Program-made: the position numbers and the translations under genes | Source: Eledone cirrhosa | Taxonomy: Eukaryota | Reading direction: 5' to 3' | Assembly (NCBI GenBank): GCA_964016885.1 | Contig: OZ024752.1 | Location: 17,980,001 to 18,044,000, forward strand | Length of the DNA: 64,000 nucleotides | The notes under the pieces: generated by a model | Databases searched by the model: none | What the model saw: only the letters and a program-made list of their open reading frames with translations | Told to the model about the DNA's origin: nothing | Shown here: positions 1-13,041 of the stretch, one piece after another | Layout: every line of letters begins with the position of its first letter | How positions within the stretch are numbered: the stretch's first letter is position 1

Positions 1-1280
1 ACCAACTATATTGTGGGCCCATGAAGGATGAGAAAGAAGGATGACATTGGTGGGATTCAAAGTTAAAACGTACCGGGCCGTAAAGCATTTAGTTTGACAC
101 CTTAATGCTCCTATTTATTCGATTATCTTTGTGAAAGTCCTCAAGGACTAGCTGATTTGGATGTTTCTATGTGGTTGTTTGGGCTGCATTATATAGTTGT
201 CAGAAGTTGCTGGAATCTTGGAGAAGGGTACATTGCCAAAGGGTTAATTTGTCTAGGGTGTTAATTTTAAAGTGTGCCAGCTTCAGTTTAGTCCGAATTG
301 GATGCATTTAGAAGGGGGTCGTATTTAACGATTAAGTGTGATGTAGGAAGCGTTGTTTTTAAATTTGTAGAGGGGAAAGATTCTGAAATTGGGTTGTTCA
401 TTAGAAGCGCAGGTCGCAGTATGTTCACTCAGTGCTATCTTTCTGTATTCCCAGATTTTAATTTGGGATCTATAGGCGGTCATACGTTGGCGGAGGCTAT
501 TTTTAGTCTGTCCTATGTAGTGCTCTCGACAACCTGAGCAAGTCAACGCATAAATCAGGTTTTCTGATGCACATGTTAAATTTCACTTAACTGTAAAGTG
601 TTGTCCCTGTTTGAAGTGGAACTCTGATTCCTCTATTAGATTGATATATATATATACCACAGTTGGGTCTTCCGCATTTTTTTTTACTGTAGGATTAATT
701 GTGGGGGTCGGCTGGACTTTGGCCTGTGTAAGTTTTTTTTTATTGATTTAGGTTGTCTTTTGCTCTTTATGATGTGCGTTTGAAGGATTTGATTCATTCT
801 TAAGTCTCTTTTTAGTAAAGGTATGTTGTGGAGGATGGTATTGAATGCCCTATTGTTAAGGGAGTTGTGTATGGTAGAGTGTTCAGTTCCGAATCATTCC
901 TTGGTTTGGGGTGTCTAAGTTCCTGGATGTTGAGTTTTAGGGCACGTTGGAATCCATTGTTGATTAGGGATGGTGGGTAATTCCTGCTAATAAGTGTGTT
1001 CTTTAATTCTTCTAGTCGTATGTAGATTGTGTATTTATCATATACTATTGTGCAGATCCTTTTGGCTAGGTTGTAAGGAATGCTCATTTTGGTGTGTCTA
1101 GGATGGCATGAGTTGAATGGGAGATACTGTTTGGAGTCTGTGGGTTTATAGTAAATGTCTGTTTCTATTTTGATGTTGGTTTTCTTGATAAGAGGAAAGG
1201 AAGTAGTTCATGACTGTATTCCATTGTAAATTGAATGGTAATGTTGAGTCCGTTTAGAAGTGTTTTAAATTCAATAAGTC
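1..1280 (-). mobile_element. Penelope-like element 3' part (RT thumb, Cys linker, GIY-YIG endonuclease, 3' UTR), Neptune-like, degenerate and 5'-truncated
   Basis: Minus-strand pieces SIPYNLAKRICTIV (thumb), KCGRPNCG (Cys linker, ~660-680) and LIYALTCSGCREHYIGQTKNSLRQRM (GIY-YIG); frameshifted. Confidence 0.88.
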
Positions 1281-3824
1281 TTTCTTATATATATACACAT
1301 TCAAATATATATTTTGTATCTGTCTATATATATTATTTTATTGCCCGATATTTATACAGCCTCCATACTAAATACCATTCACTTGACGGGTCAACAACAC
1401 CACCATTACAACAATAGGCGAATCTACAAATATTATTGGAATTTTACATCTTGATTATTAAAAATTCTAAGCGTTTTTAAAATGAATAATTAAAAGTTTT
1501 TAACATTCTTAAGATTCAAATTTTGAACTAATTTTTCAAATAAAATGTGTTGTTTGTCTTCACTTCTTTGAAAACAAGAAGTTGCTACCACGGTTGTTAT
1601 ATCTAAATCCTACCACTCCTCTACGTCTTTTCTTAATTTTATCATTAGCGGCAGACGACCAGTCATTACAACTGGCTTTATTTTATTTAACTTTGTCTTG
1701 TTTATTTAAACTCTTTCTTTATAAACCCTTCTATAACGTTTTATTAACTTTGTTCATCGTAAACATCAGTTGCTTTTCTACCTTTACTCGCTTACTCTTT
1801 GAAATTTTCAACATTAAAAAACGCCCACAGTTGTTTGGGAGAAACTTTCGAAATTGGCGAGAATTTTAAGAAACTGATGTCGCTAAATCGTCAACTTGTT
1901 TACCTGCTGTTGCATCATGGGAGAGGTTAGGGTTCAATTTTTTTTTTTTAAGGAAGCCAAGTTTCTTAATTTATTCCCCAGCAACGTGTTTGGTGTTTTA
2001 TATAAGTAAATAAATAAAACAATTAATTCCATCTCACACCTCCCTGTAGTCTGAACATCAAATTACGGAGGTGATGGGAAGGGTTAAGGTAAAGTAACGC
2101 TACACCGGTGTCATAATTACTGTGGCGCCGCTATTTTTTCAAAGTGCTTTCATTTCTTTATTTCATAGAACCGTGGCTAATTAACATAAAGCCTCTCACC
2201 CACAGATGTTCTGTCTTCTACGACACCTCTTAAAACAATGAAACGTGTATTTGCCGATGTAGTTGTTGGTACCTAGATACTCATATAAACACAGGACGAC
2301 CATAACAGGAATTCCATCGATTACAAACATGTCGAATCATCTTGTGTTGCTTGTTCAAGTCTGACCTAAACAACAACATGTCCCTACGTGTTCGCTCCAC
2401 TTGCTAGAAATAGCAGCCTTGATTTTTAAAAATTCTAAGCGTTTTTAAAATGAATAATTAAAAGATTTTAACATTCTTAAGATTCAAATTTTGAACTAAT
2501 TTTTCAAATAAAATGTGTTGTTTGTCTTCACTTCTTTGAAAACAAGAAGTTTGCTACTACGGTTGTTATATCTAACTCCTACCACTCCTCTACGTCTTTT
2601 CTTAATTTTATCATTAGCGGCAGACGACCAGTCATTACAACTGGTTTATTTTATTTAACTTTGTCTTGTTTATCTAAACTCTTTCTTTATAAACCCTTCT
2701 ATAACGTTTTATTAACTTTTTTCATCGTAAACATCAGTTGCTTTTCTACCTTACTCGCTTACTCTTTCTCTCTCAGTATATCTCTTACTCGTGTTGTCCC
2801 CCTTTCTATATATAAAATATTCACTCGCTTTTTGTCGCTATATATTCAGCTTTTACTCTCTCTACCCCCTCTATCTGTACACTTGTTTCTCCCCTTCTCG
2901 ATCTATAATATTTACTCTCTTTTTCCCTCTATATGTACAGCTTCTACACTTTCTCTCTCGCACGCACACACACATATGCCAACATATATAAACACATACA
3001 TATACAAAAACATAGACACATAAAGCTTTAGAAATCAGCGACTATTGATTAGAAAATGCTAAACATATCAGCTAAACCTCCCTTAAACATCCAACAACAG
3101 TAGAACTTGCTAGATATAACAGCTAAAATATTCCTCAAATGTCCCCCGCCCACTGATATCATGTAAAATGCTAGAAACAACAGTCAAATAATGTCTCCTG
3201 GTGACATAATAAATAACAACGAAATTCCCTTCAAGTTATAACGGTAATATGTTAGAAAATGCTAAAAAGAGCAGCCAAATCTACATCTAATCATATACAC
3301 TGCTAGTTAAAATTCTCAATAAAATTATAATTCAATATTAACTCAAGAATGGTAATCTATATATTTTAATACGTATCTCTATAAAATTTTAAATAAAAAC
3401 AACGTAAAAAAGAGAGGAACAATAAATAATAAAAACATTTCGGTCTATGGGAAATAACTCACAAAAATATTTGAACGAGATACCTCCCTTTAAAAACCTT
3501 TTTACCAACCGCCCATCCAGCCTACCAGTCACTGTCCAACCGCCCAAGCAGCTAGTCATACTGTTTGTGTCGCCTTACCTTCTAACACACACACACGCTA
3601 TATATATATATATATATATAAGTATGTACACGTACATACATATATGTATACAGACGTACAGTAGTATGTATATATATATACATACATGCACACATATATA
3701 TATGTACGTATGGATTCACCGAACATTTATTATAATGCTAGGTGTGTTTGTAAACAAATATCCCGTATTAAGGCGTAGTGTCTAGCAACCATCGCTGCTC
3801 GTTTGTTCAACACTGACAAAGGAA

Positions 3825-3865
3825 CGCTGTACTAGTTTCAAGCTTATTAGCTATCGTCAACAACG
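3825..3865 (-). ncRNA. Minimal type I hammerhead ribozyme (C3U variant)
   Basis: cgttg-TTGACGA-tagctaataagctt-GAAA-ctag-TA-cagcg. Confidence 0.78.
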
Positions 3866-4246
3866 TATACCTTCCTGCCAGAATGTTGAACGTATATACT
3901 TACCTTATGCATATTAACGGCTGAGTAGCCCAATTTGCATATCGAGTGGGTTAATCGGCCGGGTGCACCGAAAACGATAAACGTAAAAAATGAAACGAAA
4001 TTTCATTTCCCACTCTTAGTACGGCTGTTACTTAAATATAAGTATGTAGACGTACATACATATATGTATACAGACGTACAGTAGTATGTATATATATACA
4101 TACATGCACACATATATATATATATGTACGTATGGATTCACCGAACATTTATTATAATGCTCGGTGTGTTTGTAAACAAAGATCCCGTATTAAGCCGTAA
4201 TGTCTAGAAACCATCGTTGCTCGTTTGTTCAACACTGACAAAGGAA

Positions 4247-4287
4247 CGCTGTACTAGTTTCAAGCTTATTAGCTATCGTCAGCAACG
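4247..4287 (-). ncRNA. Minimal type I hammerhead ribozyme, canonical core
   Basis: cgttg-CTGACGA-tagctaataagctt-GAAA-ctag-TA-cagcg; palindromic stem III. Confidence 0.88.
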
Positions 4288-4611
4288 TATACCTTCCTGC
4301 CAGATTGTTGAACGTATATACTTAGCTTATGCCTATTAACGGCTGAGTAGCCCAATTTGCATATCGAGTGGGTTAATCGGCCGGGTGCACCGAAAACGAT
4401 AAACGTAAAAAATGAAACGAAATTTCATTTCTCACTCTTTGTACGGCTGTTACTTAAATATGGGTGGGAAATGAAATTTCGTTTCATTTTTTATGTTTAT
4501 TGTTTTCGGTGCACCCGCCTGATTAACCCACTCGATATGCAAATTGGGCTACTCAGCCGTTAATATGCATAAGGTAAGTATATACGTTCAACATTCTGGC
4601 AGGAAGGTATA

Positions 4612-4652
4612 CGTTGTTGACGATAGCTAATAAGCTTGAAACTAGTACAGCG
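4612..4652 (+). ncRNA. Minimal type I hammerhead ribozyme (C3U variant), inverted copy
   Basis: Same motif as 3825-3865 on the plus strand. Confidence 0.78.
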
Positions 4653-4917
4653 TTCCTTTGTCAGTGTTGAACAAACGAGCAGCGATGGTTGCTAGACACT
4701 ACGCCTTAATACGGGATATTTGTTTACAAACACACCGAGCATTATAATAAATGTTCGGTGAATCCATACGTACATATATATATGTGTGCATGTATGTATA
4801 TATACTTACTACTGTACGTCTGTATACATATATGTATGTACGTCTACATACTTATATTTAAGTAACAGCCGTACTAAGAGTGGGAAATGAAATTTCGTTT
4901 CATTTTTTACGTTTATT

Positions 4918-5021
<104 letters not shown>

Positions 5022-6998
5022 CGTATATATACATACCCACACGAAGTTGTACGCATGTTATACAATGTATTTTAAATAATTATCATTATTACCATGGTTA
5101 AAACGTCTGTCATGAAATTTTCAACATTAAAAACGCCCACAGTTGTTTGGGAGAAACTTTAGTATGTATATATATACATACATGCACACATATATATATA
5201 TGTACGTATGAATTCACCGAACATTTATTATAATGCTCGGTGTGTTTGTATTAACAAAGATCCTTTTAAGAAACTGATGTCGCTAAATCGTCAACTTGTT
5301 TATCTGCTGTTGCATCATGGGAGAGGTTAGGGTTCAATTTTTTTTTTTTAAGGAAGCCAAGTTTCTTAATTTATTCCCCAGCAACGTGTTTGGTGTTTTA
5401 TATAAGTAAATAAATAAAACAATTAATTCCATCTCACACCTCCCTGTAGTCTGAACATCAAATTACGGAGGTGATGGGAAGGGTTAAGGTAAAGTAACGC
5501 TACACCGGTGTCATAATTACTGTGGCGCCGCTATTTTTTCAAAATGCTTTCATTTCTTTATTTCATAGAACCGTGGCTAATTAACATAAAGCCTCTCACC
5601 CACAGATGTTCTATCTTCTACGACACCTCTTAAAACAATGAAACGTGTATTTGCCGATGTAGTTGTTGGTACCTAGATACTCATATAAACACAGGACGAC
5701 CATAACAGGAATTCCATCGATTACAAACATGTCGAATCATCTTGTGTTGCTCGTTCAAGTCTGACCTAAACAACAACATGTCCTTACGTGTTCGCTCCAC
5801 TTGCTAGAAATAGCAGCCTTGATTTTTAAAAATTCTAAGCGTTTTTAAAATGAATAATTAAAAGATTTTAACATTCTTAAGATTCAAATTTTGAACTAAT
5901 TTTTCAAATAAAATGTGTTGTTTGTCTTCACTTCTTTGAAAACAAGAAGTTTGCTACTACGGTTGTTATATCTAACTCCTACCACTCCTCTACGTCTTTT
6001 CTTAATTTTATCATTAGCGGCAGACGACCAGTCATTACAACTGGTTTATTTTATTTAACTTTGTCTTGTTTATCTAAACTCTTTCTTTATAAACCCTTCT
6101 ATAACGTTTTATTAACTTTTTTCATCGTAAACATCAGTTGCTTTTCTACCTTACTCGCTTACTCTTTCTCTCTCAGTATATCTCTTACTCGTGTTGTCCC
6201 CCTTTCTATATATAAAATATTCACTCGCTTTTTGTCGCTATATGTTCAGCTTTTACTCTCTCTACCCCCTCTATCTGTACTCTTGTTTCTCCCCTTCTCC
6301 ATCTATAATATTTACTCTCCTTTTCCCTCTATATGTACAGCTTCTACACTTTCTCTCTCGCACGCACACACACATATGCCAACATATATAAACACATACA
6401 TATACAAAAACATAGACACATAAAGCTTTAGAAATCAGCGACTATTGATTAGAAAATGCTAAACATATCAGCTAAACCTCCCTTAAACATCCAACAACAG
6501 TAGAACTTGCTAGATATAACAGCTAAAATATTCCTCAAATGTCCCCCGCCCACTGATATCATGTAAAATGCTAGAAACAACAGTCAAATAATGTCTCCTG
6601 GTGACATAATAAATAACAACGAAATTCCCTTCAAGTTATAACGGTAATATGTTAGAAAATGCTAAAAAGAGCAGCCAAATCTACATCTAATCATATACAC
6701 TGCTAGTTAAAATTCTCAATAAAATTATAATTCAATATTAACTCAAGAATGGTAATCTATATATTTTAATACGTATCTCTATAAAATTTTAAATAAAAAC
6801 AACGTAAAAAAGAGAGGAACAATAAATAATAAAAACATTTCGGTCTATGGGAAATAACTCACAAAAGTATTTGAACGAGTTACCTCCCTTTAAAAACCTT
6901 TTTTACCAACCGCCCAGCCAGCCTACTAGTCACTGTCCAACCGCCCAAGCAGCTAGTCATACTGTTTGTGTCGCCTTACCTTCTAACACACACACACG

Positions 6999-7029
<31 letters not shown>

Positions 7030-7033
<4 letters not shown>

Positions 7034-7905
7034 TATGTACACGTACATACATATATGTATACAGACGTACAGTAGTATGTATATATATATACATACATGC
7101 ACACATATATATATGTACGTATGGATTCACCGAACATTTATTATAATGCTCGGTGTGTTTGTAAACAAATATCCCGTATTAAGGCGTAGTGTCTAGCAAC
7201 CATCGCTGCTCGTTTGTTCAACACTGACAAAGGAACGCTGTACTAGTTTCAAGCTTATTAGCTATCGTCAACAACGTATACCTTCCTGCCAGAATGTTGA
7301 ACGTATATACTTACCTTATGCATATTAACGGCTGAGTAGCCCAATTTGCATATCGAGTGGATTAATCGGCCGGGTGCACCGAAAACGATAAACGTAAAAA
7401 ATGAAACGAAATTTCATTTCCCACTCTTTGTACGGCTGTTACTTAAATATGGGTGGGAAATGAAATTTCGTTTCATTTTTTATGTTTATTGTTTTCGGTG
7501 CACCCGGCTGATAACCCACTCGATATGCAAATTGGGATACTCAGCCGTTAATATGCATAAGGTAAGTATATACGTTCAACAATCTGGCAAGAAGGTATAT
7601 GTTGCCGACGATAGCTAATAAGCTTGAAACTAGTACAGCGTTCCTTTGTCAGTGTTGAACAAACGAGCAACGATGGTTGCTAGACACTACGGCTTAATAC
7701 GGGATGTTTGTTTACAAACACACCGAGCATTATAATAAATGTTCGGTGAATCCATACGTACATATATATATGTGTGCATGTATGTATATATACCTACTAC
7801 TGTACGTCTGTATACATATATGTATGTACGTCTACATACTTATATTTAAGTAACAGCCGTACTAAGAGTGGGAAATGACATTTCGTTTCATTTTTTACGT
7901 TTATT
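7030..7905. mobile_element. Retrozyme-like unit plus inverted copy (second segmental copy), hammerheads at 7236-7276 (-) and 7600-7640 (+, CCGACGA)
   Basis: Same sequence as 3620-4915 but with one direct unit fewer. Confidence 0.75.
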
Positions 7906-8747
7906 TATATATATATATGTGTGTGTGTTCGTATATATACATACCCACACGAAGTTGTACGCATGTTATTCAATGTATTTTAAATAATTATCATTATTAC
8001 CATGGTTAAACGTCTGTCATGAAATTTTCAACATTAAAAAACGCCCACAGTTGTTTGGGAGAAACTTTCGAAATTGGCGAGAATTTTAAGAAACTGATGT
8101 CGCTAAATCGTCAACTTGTTTACCTGCTGTTGCATCATGGGAGAGGTTAGGGTTCAATTTTTTTTTTTAAGGAAGCCAAGTTTCTTAATTTATTCCCCAG
8201 CAACGTGTTTGGTGTTTTATATAAGTAAATAAATAAAACAATTAATTCCATCTCACACCTCCCTGTAGTCTGAACATCAAATTACGGAGGTGATGGGAAG
8301 GGTTAAGGTAAAGTAACGCTACACCGGTGTCATAATTACTGTGGCGCCGCTATTTTTTCAAAGTGCTTTCATTTCTTTATTTCATAGAACCGTGGCTAAT
8401 TAACATAAAGCCTCTCACCCACAGATGTTCTGTCTTCTACGACACCTCTTAAAACAATGAAACGTGTATTTGCCGATGTAGTTGTTGGTACCTAGATACT
8501 CATATAAACACAGGACGACCATAACAGGAATTCCATCGATTACAAACATGTCGAATCATCTTGTGTTGCTCGTTCAAGTCTGACCTAAACAACATGTCCT
8601 TACGTGTTCGCTCCACTTGCTAGAAATAGCAGCCTAGTTTCCTAAGAATTACGAATTTGAATTAGCTGTGATTCATGTAAATGCAATCTTTTATATTTTA
8701 TCTGTGTAGGAAGAGACTAACAATGTTTTCACTTCTGATCATGTCTA

Positions 8748-8940
8748 GGTCTTGGTGGATTGGCAGTATCGGTAGAGGGTCGGACGCCATGCTTTGCAGC
8801 ATAGAGTTACGGCCCTTTACAGTTTGAGTTCAATTCCTACCGAGGTCAACTTTACCTTTCATCCTTAAGGGGTCGATAAAATAAAGTACCATTAATGCAC
8901 TGGGTAATTGCTGGCTTTGTGTCAAATGTAGAAACAATTA
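8748..8940 (+). mobile_element. tRNA-derived SINE (octopus-type)
   Basis: A-box tggcagtatcgg, B-box gagttcaattcc, core aactttacctttcatcc...gtcgataaaataaagtacca; four more copies in the window. Confidence 0.85.
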
Positions 8941-9325
8941 TATGTAAATATATGTCTTAGTCCCTCTGGTTTCACCTGTAAATAAAAGTACACAACAGCA
9001 ACCATATATATATTCATACATGCACATATACATGTATCTATGTATGTGCGTGCATATCTTAATATATTATAAGCAGGCATGAAACATCGCTGTAAAGTCA
9101 GTAAAAGCATCCAAAGTTAATGTATGGGAGGACTTTGGTGTTAAGCTGGAATCCGACTTCAGATCAGCAAATAATGTTTTCTGGCAGACCATCCGCCAAC
9201 TTCGTAATAAGAAGCCCTCCTCCAGTCGGATCAGTAGGAGACAGTTGCTTCTGACAGAACCCGCCGAAGGAGTGTTTGAGGACTTTTCTCCTACGGCCCT
9301 CTCAGGTATAAGTGGGAAAAGAAGA

Positions 9326-9449
9326 AGAAGCTACATCATTCCACCTTAATTACAGTCGATACGCCACCGAGTCGTTAGAATACTGATCTCAGTATTCTGA
9401 CGACTCGGTCGCGTATCGACTGTAATCAAGGCGGAGAGACGTAGCTTCT
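9326..9449. repeat. Imperfect palindrome centred at 9387-9388
   Basis: tacagtcgatacgccaccgagtcgttagaatactga / tcagtattctgacgactcggtcgcgtatcgactgta. Confidence 0.88.
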
Positions 9450-9500
9450 AACGATCAGCAACTTTTAGATACACCGACTAAAGAAACAATTGTTAATACT
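9391..9500 (+). ncRNA. Type I hammerhead with long stem II
   Basis: agtatt-CTGACGA-(tcggt..gtatc / gatac accga)-GAAA-caattg-TT-aatact; 6-bp stem I. Confidence 0.75.
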
Positions 9501-9912
9501 TTTAATAAACCCTATTGTACAGCCGACCATGTTATTTTTCATTCTTTTGTTATTATTACTCCAAGAACCGCCTGCCTAGGAACTTTCTTAAATCGGCCAC
9601 CCGACTAAGGAAACTTCTTGTTGAGTCAAACCACGCCGTACGTTAAAACTATCCCCGACACAGAGTACTCATAACCTTTAGCTAGATTACCTTAAACGAT
9701 ACCTTGTTATCATATATATATTTATAATTTTGTTTTTATCCCTTTAATCTCATAAAACCAACACCTAGGTACCCACAACTACCTTGTACTAAACACACTA
9801 TATACACTATGTATGATGTTGTCCAAGGGAACGGCAAAGGCTGATTCAATTTGGCTTTAGTTACAATATAGAAATATCCCATTTTATTCAATGTACCTTC
9901 TGTCTTCTTCAG

Positions 9913-10042
9913 ATGAAACAGAACTATCGGAGTCACTCATTTTCAGCGATGAATCGAGAACATCATAAAGTTGTACATGAGTTGACAGAGTATTATGGTT
10001 GTTCCAGCATGTCCTACGATAACCACAATGTTACAATATTTT
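9913..10042 (+). pseudogene. Isolated exon resembling the R3H domain of NFX1, apparently decayed
   Basis: Acceptor tgtcttcttcag, donor gtaagt; translates MKQNYRSHSFSAMNREHHKVVHELTEYYGCSSMSYDNHNVTIF, recalled as similar to NFX1 [30 protein letters not shown]; R3H Arg is His and the EPKRNVV motif is disrupted. Confidence 0.7.
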
Positions 10043-10996
10043 GTAAGTAACAAGAACTCTTTCTATTCCAATTCAACTGAGATCAGCTCAATCTATATTT
10101 TATATAACATCTCAAATATTTTATGTAAGAACCATCTTGTTTTGTGTCAAACACCATCTTAATATACCTATATATATGTAGTCTTAAATACAGGCCTTAC
10201 CATTGAAGATGTCATACCATACCATCCAATATGTCATATCATACGTTTAACGTCACTCAAGCATTTTCCAGCATTTGAGCAACACATATGTCGTCTTCTC
10301 TCTCAGTCTGTCTCTTGTATATATTATACAGAGGTAGGCGACAGATACTGACAGAAGACAGCATATATATATATATATATACAGAGAGAGAGAAAGAGAG
10401 AGAGAGGGAGAGAGAGAGAGGGGGAGAGAGAGAGGGTGGTCTTGCCAACCTCTTGTGTGGCAAGTTTTCTATGGCTTGATGTCCTTCATAACACGCTAAA
10501 GTGTGTACTGGGTGCTTTTATTGTGCAGATCACCTGCACTAGGGAGGTTGTCATAACGTTGACACAACTAAAGGGTCCTCCCAACACTTTGTTTTACAAG
10601 CTTTCTACGACTAGATGCCCTTCTAAACACCAACCACTTGACAGTGTGTTGTGGGTGTGGTTATCGTGTAGATCACGAACACTAAAGAGGTTGTTTGTGT
10701 TTTTGACACAACTGATGGGGTCCTCTCAACCCTTTTAAGCATGGTCCCTACATCGGGTTACCTTTCCTGTCACCAACTGCCCTTAAAGGAGTGTAGCGGG
10801 AGCATTTTCGTGGCACCATCACTAGACAGGTTGTTGGTCATTGTGTGTGGAGGCAGGGCAATGGGTAAAGTATAGGGGTGGCATAGTAGTGTATAGGGAG
10901 ATGTAGTATATATATTTACACACACAAATACTATATACGTAAATGTATATATGCATGTGTTTGTGTAGAAAAGTTAGATATATTGTGTATCCGATC

Positions 10997-11075
10997 TACT
11001 GTGTATGCCGGCGTACAAGTCGATCCGGCGCATAGGTCGATCCTTAAAATTCTGAGGTGTAATTCAGGTTTAGGC
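10997..11075 (+). mobile_element. Possible pogo/Tc1-mariner-type terminal fragment
   Basis: tactgtgtatgccggcgtacaagtcgatccggcgcataggtcga resembles TACCGTA...TATAAGTCGA termini with an internal repeat; no partner end seen. Confidence 0.35.
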
Positions 11076-11129
11076 CTTATATATATATATATAAAAGAAA
11101 ATGTTCGCTCTACATGGCTGAATACAATA

Positions 11130-11503
11130 AATGTAATCTGATATTAATAATAACATTCGATTCGTTTGCAATTATGTAAACAAACCTCAATTTTATAGCC
11201 ATGTCAGTAGAATTAACCCTTCATTCTTGCTCTTGTCTTGGCATGTGAACAGAACTGCATACACTAATGTTTCTGGGTATCACCCTTCATCAGTACAGCT
11301 CACTGTTCTCCTGCCAAACTGTGAGCTGTACTGATGAAGGGTGACACCCAGAAACATTAGTGAATGCAGTTCTGTTCACATGCCAACACAAGAGCAAGAT
11401 GAAGGGTTCATTCTACTGACATGGCTATAAAATTGAGGTTTGTTTACATAATTGCAAACGAATCGAATGTTATTATTAATATTAAAAAAATTCAGATTAC
11501 ATT
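11130..11503. repeat. Long palindrome (~170-bp arms, 17-nt spacer) carrying mirrored hammerhead-like motifs (11327-11388 on +)
   Basis: Arms 11141-11303 and 11321-11482; tgta-CTGATGA-agggtgacaccca-GAAA-cat..gtgaa/ttcac-atg-CC-aaca (cleavage triplet degenerate). Confidence 0.85.
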
Positions 11504-12327
11504 TAAATATATAAATATATTCATCGTCAGTGAATAATGAGGTATTTAGATTAAAGCACCCAACGTCATGTATTTTTTATTAAGCTGTAATACATATTTC
11601 AATGGTGCTCATTGTTACGTGATGGTTTGACCATACTACATCATCTTATGCAAGAAGGTTACGTTTCAGAAGCAATCCAGGCTAAAGACCGGGGAAGAGA
11701 CAGATATGATGTTTTCATTGGTTATGTCCAGTCCCCTGAGAACTTTAGTTCCACTCTAGTCCGTCTGCCACTCCTAGTAAGCAGTTAGAAACATTGATGT
11801 AAGCCTATATGACACACCTAAAGCACCCTCCTCCACAGTTGGTGAATTCACAAAGTTCAATACACCCTAAGATATTTTGCTGTGCCACTGTGTTTTGCCT
11901 TATAGCGTTTTATTGTTATCAGCACAACCACGTGATAGGGTGGCCCATATGGTTTTTGTTGTGGTGGCAGGAGTGTTGAAGAACAGGTGTGGAGCTTGGC
12001 TAGCTTTCCATGGTGTAGACATATAATGAGTATGCTGGGGGGATGTTGGATGGTGTGTGAACCGGAAGATTAGTGCAGACTAGTGTCCACTGGATGTTTG
12101 CTTCATCCTGTGTAGATTGAAAGGCTGGTCTGCAATACAGCATATCACCAGAGGATATGCATAAGCTGGAGAGAATGAGTACCAGAAGTAGCTGGGGAGT
12201 TAATCCTGCAATATACCAGCGTCTTATCCAGGGAGAGTTTTGTACTCTCAGGCACTTGACGCCAAGGAAACTGATGATAAGCTTAGAACACACTTTAACT
12301 TAACATTATATATATATTGAATATATA

Positions 12328-12520
12328 GGGTGGTGGATTAGCAGTATCGGTAAAGAGTCGGACACCATGCTTTGAAGCATAGAGTTACGTCTCTTTATGA
12401 TCTGAGTTCAAATCCCGCCGAGGTTAACTTTGCCTTTCATCGTTAGAGGGGTCGATAAAATAAAGTACCAGTAATGTACTGGTTAATTGCTGGCCTTGTG
12501 CCAAAAGTAGAAACAATTAT
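12328..12520 (+). mobile_element. tRNA-derived SINE (same family as 8748)
   Basis: B-box gagttcaaatccc plus the same core and tail. Confidence 0.85.
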
Positions 12521-12529
12521 ATATATATT

Positions 12530-13041
12530 GAATTTTTGGGAATTTCTTAAAAATCTTTTTCGGTATTTGCATTCCCTTGATTTTATATGTTCTGGCTTGT
12601 TAATTTATTAACTTGCCATTGAACCACACTGGCACAGGTCGGACTATACTTGTGTCCCTATGTGTATTAATTACATATAGGAACATATACTTTTATTATT
12701 ATTCTCCCCAATGGTAGAGAAACCTTTAGTCGTCTGAATGGCTGCTATTTTAGCAGTACAGGATTGACCTGTCCACCGTGCTTTTGCCTTTTCACACGGT
12801 ACCATGACAAAACTGCTTTATCATTCATTTGCTCTCATTTTGAGGCAGTTTGGAGTGGCGCCAGTTTGTAATTTTTAACTCGAGAGAGAAAAGCCTTCTG
12901 ACGATGATCTCTTTCTCAATGGAAATCCGCTTGGATCATCTATTCGTTTGGGATCTGAAACCGCGGTAAGGGCACATATAGTAAGTACAGGGAATTTTTG
13001 GGAATTTATTTGAAAACTTTTTCGGTATTTGCATTCCCTTG

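Larger units (their letters stand above)
3620..4915. mobile_element. Retrozyme-like ~422-bp non-coding unit: two direct tandem copies plus an inverted copy
   Basis: Units at 3620-4040 and 4040-4460, reverse complement at 4463-4915; one hammerhead per unit. Confidence 0.75.

Noticed and set aside
100-155. Possible hammerhead in the Neptune-like 3' UTR (minus gtcc-TTGAGGA...GAAT, or plus GAAA-gtcctcaaggac-TA)
   Set aside because: Neither reading gives a complete core with all stems
8748-8850. tRNA gene
   Set aside because: A and B boxes are present but there is no cloverleaf, and the sequence continues into a SINE core
10440-10830. RTE/SINE-tail-like repeat; also a (GAA)n-ended segment at 9190-9330
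   Set aside because: Boundaries and family cannot be supported from this window
11930-12295. GC-richer stretch, possibly an old LINE or an exon
   Set aside because: No diagnostic motif or clear splice boundaries
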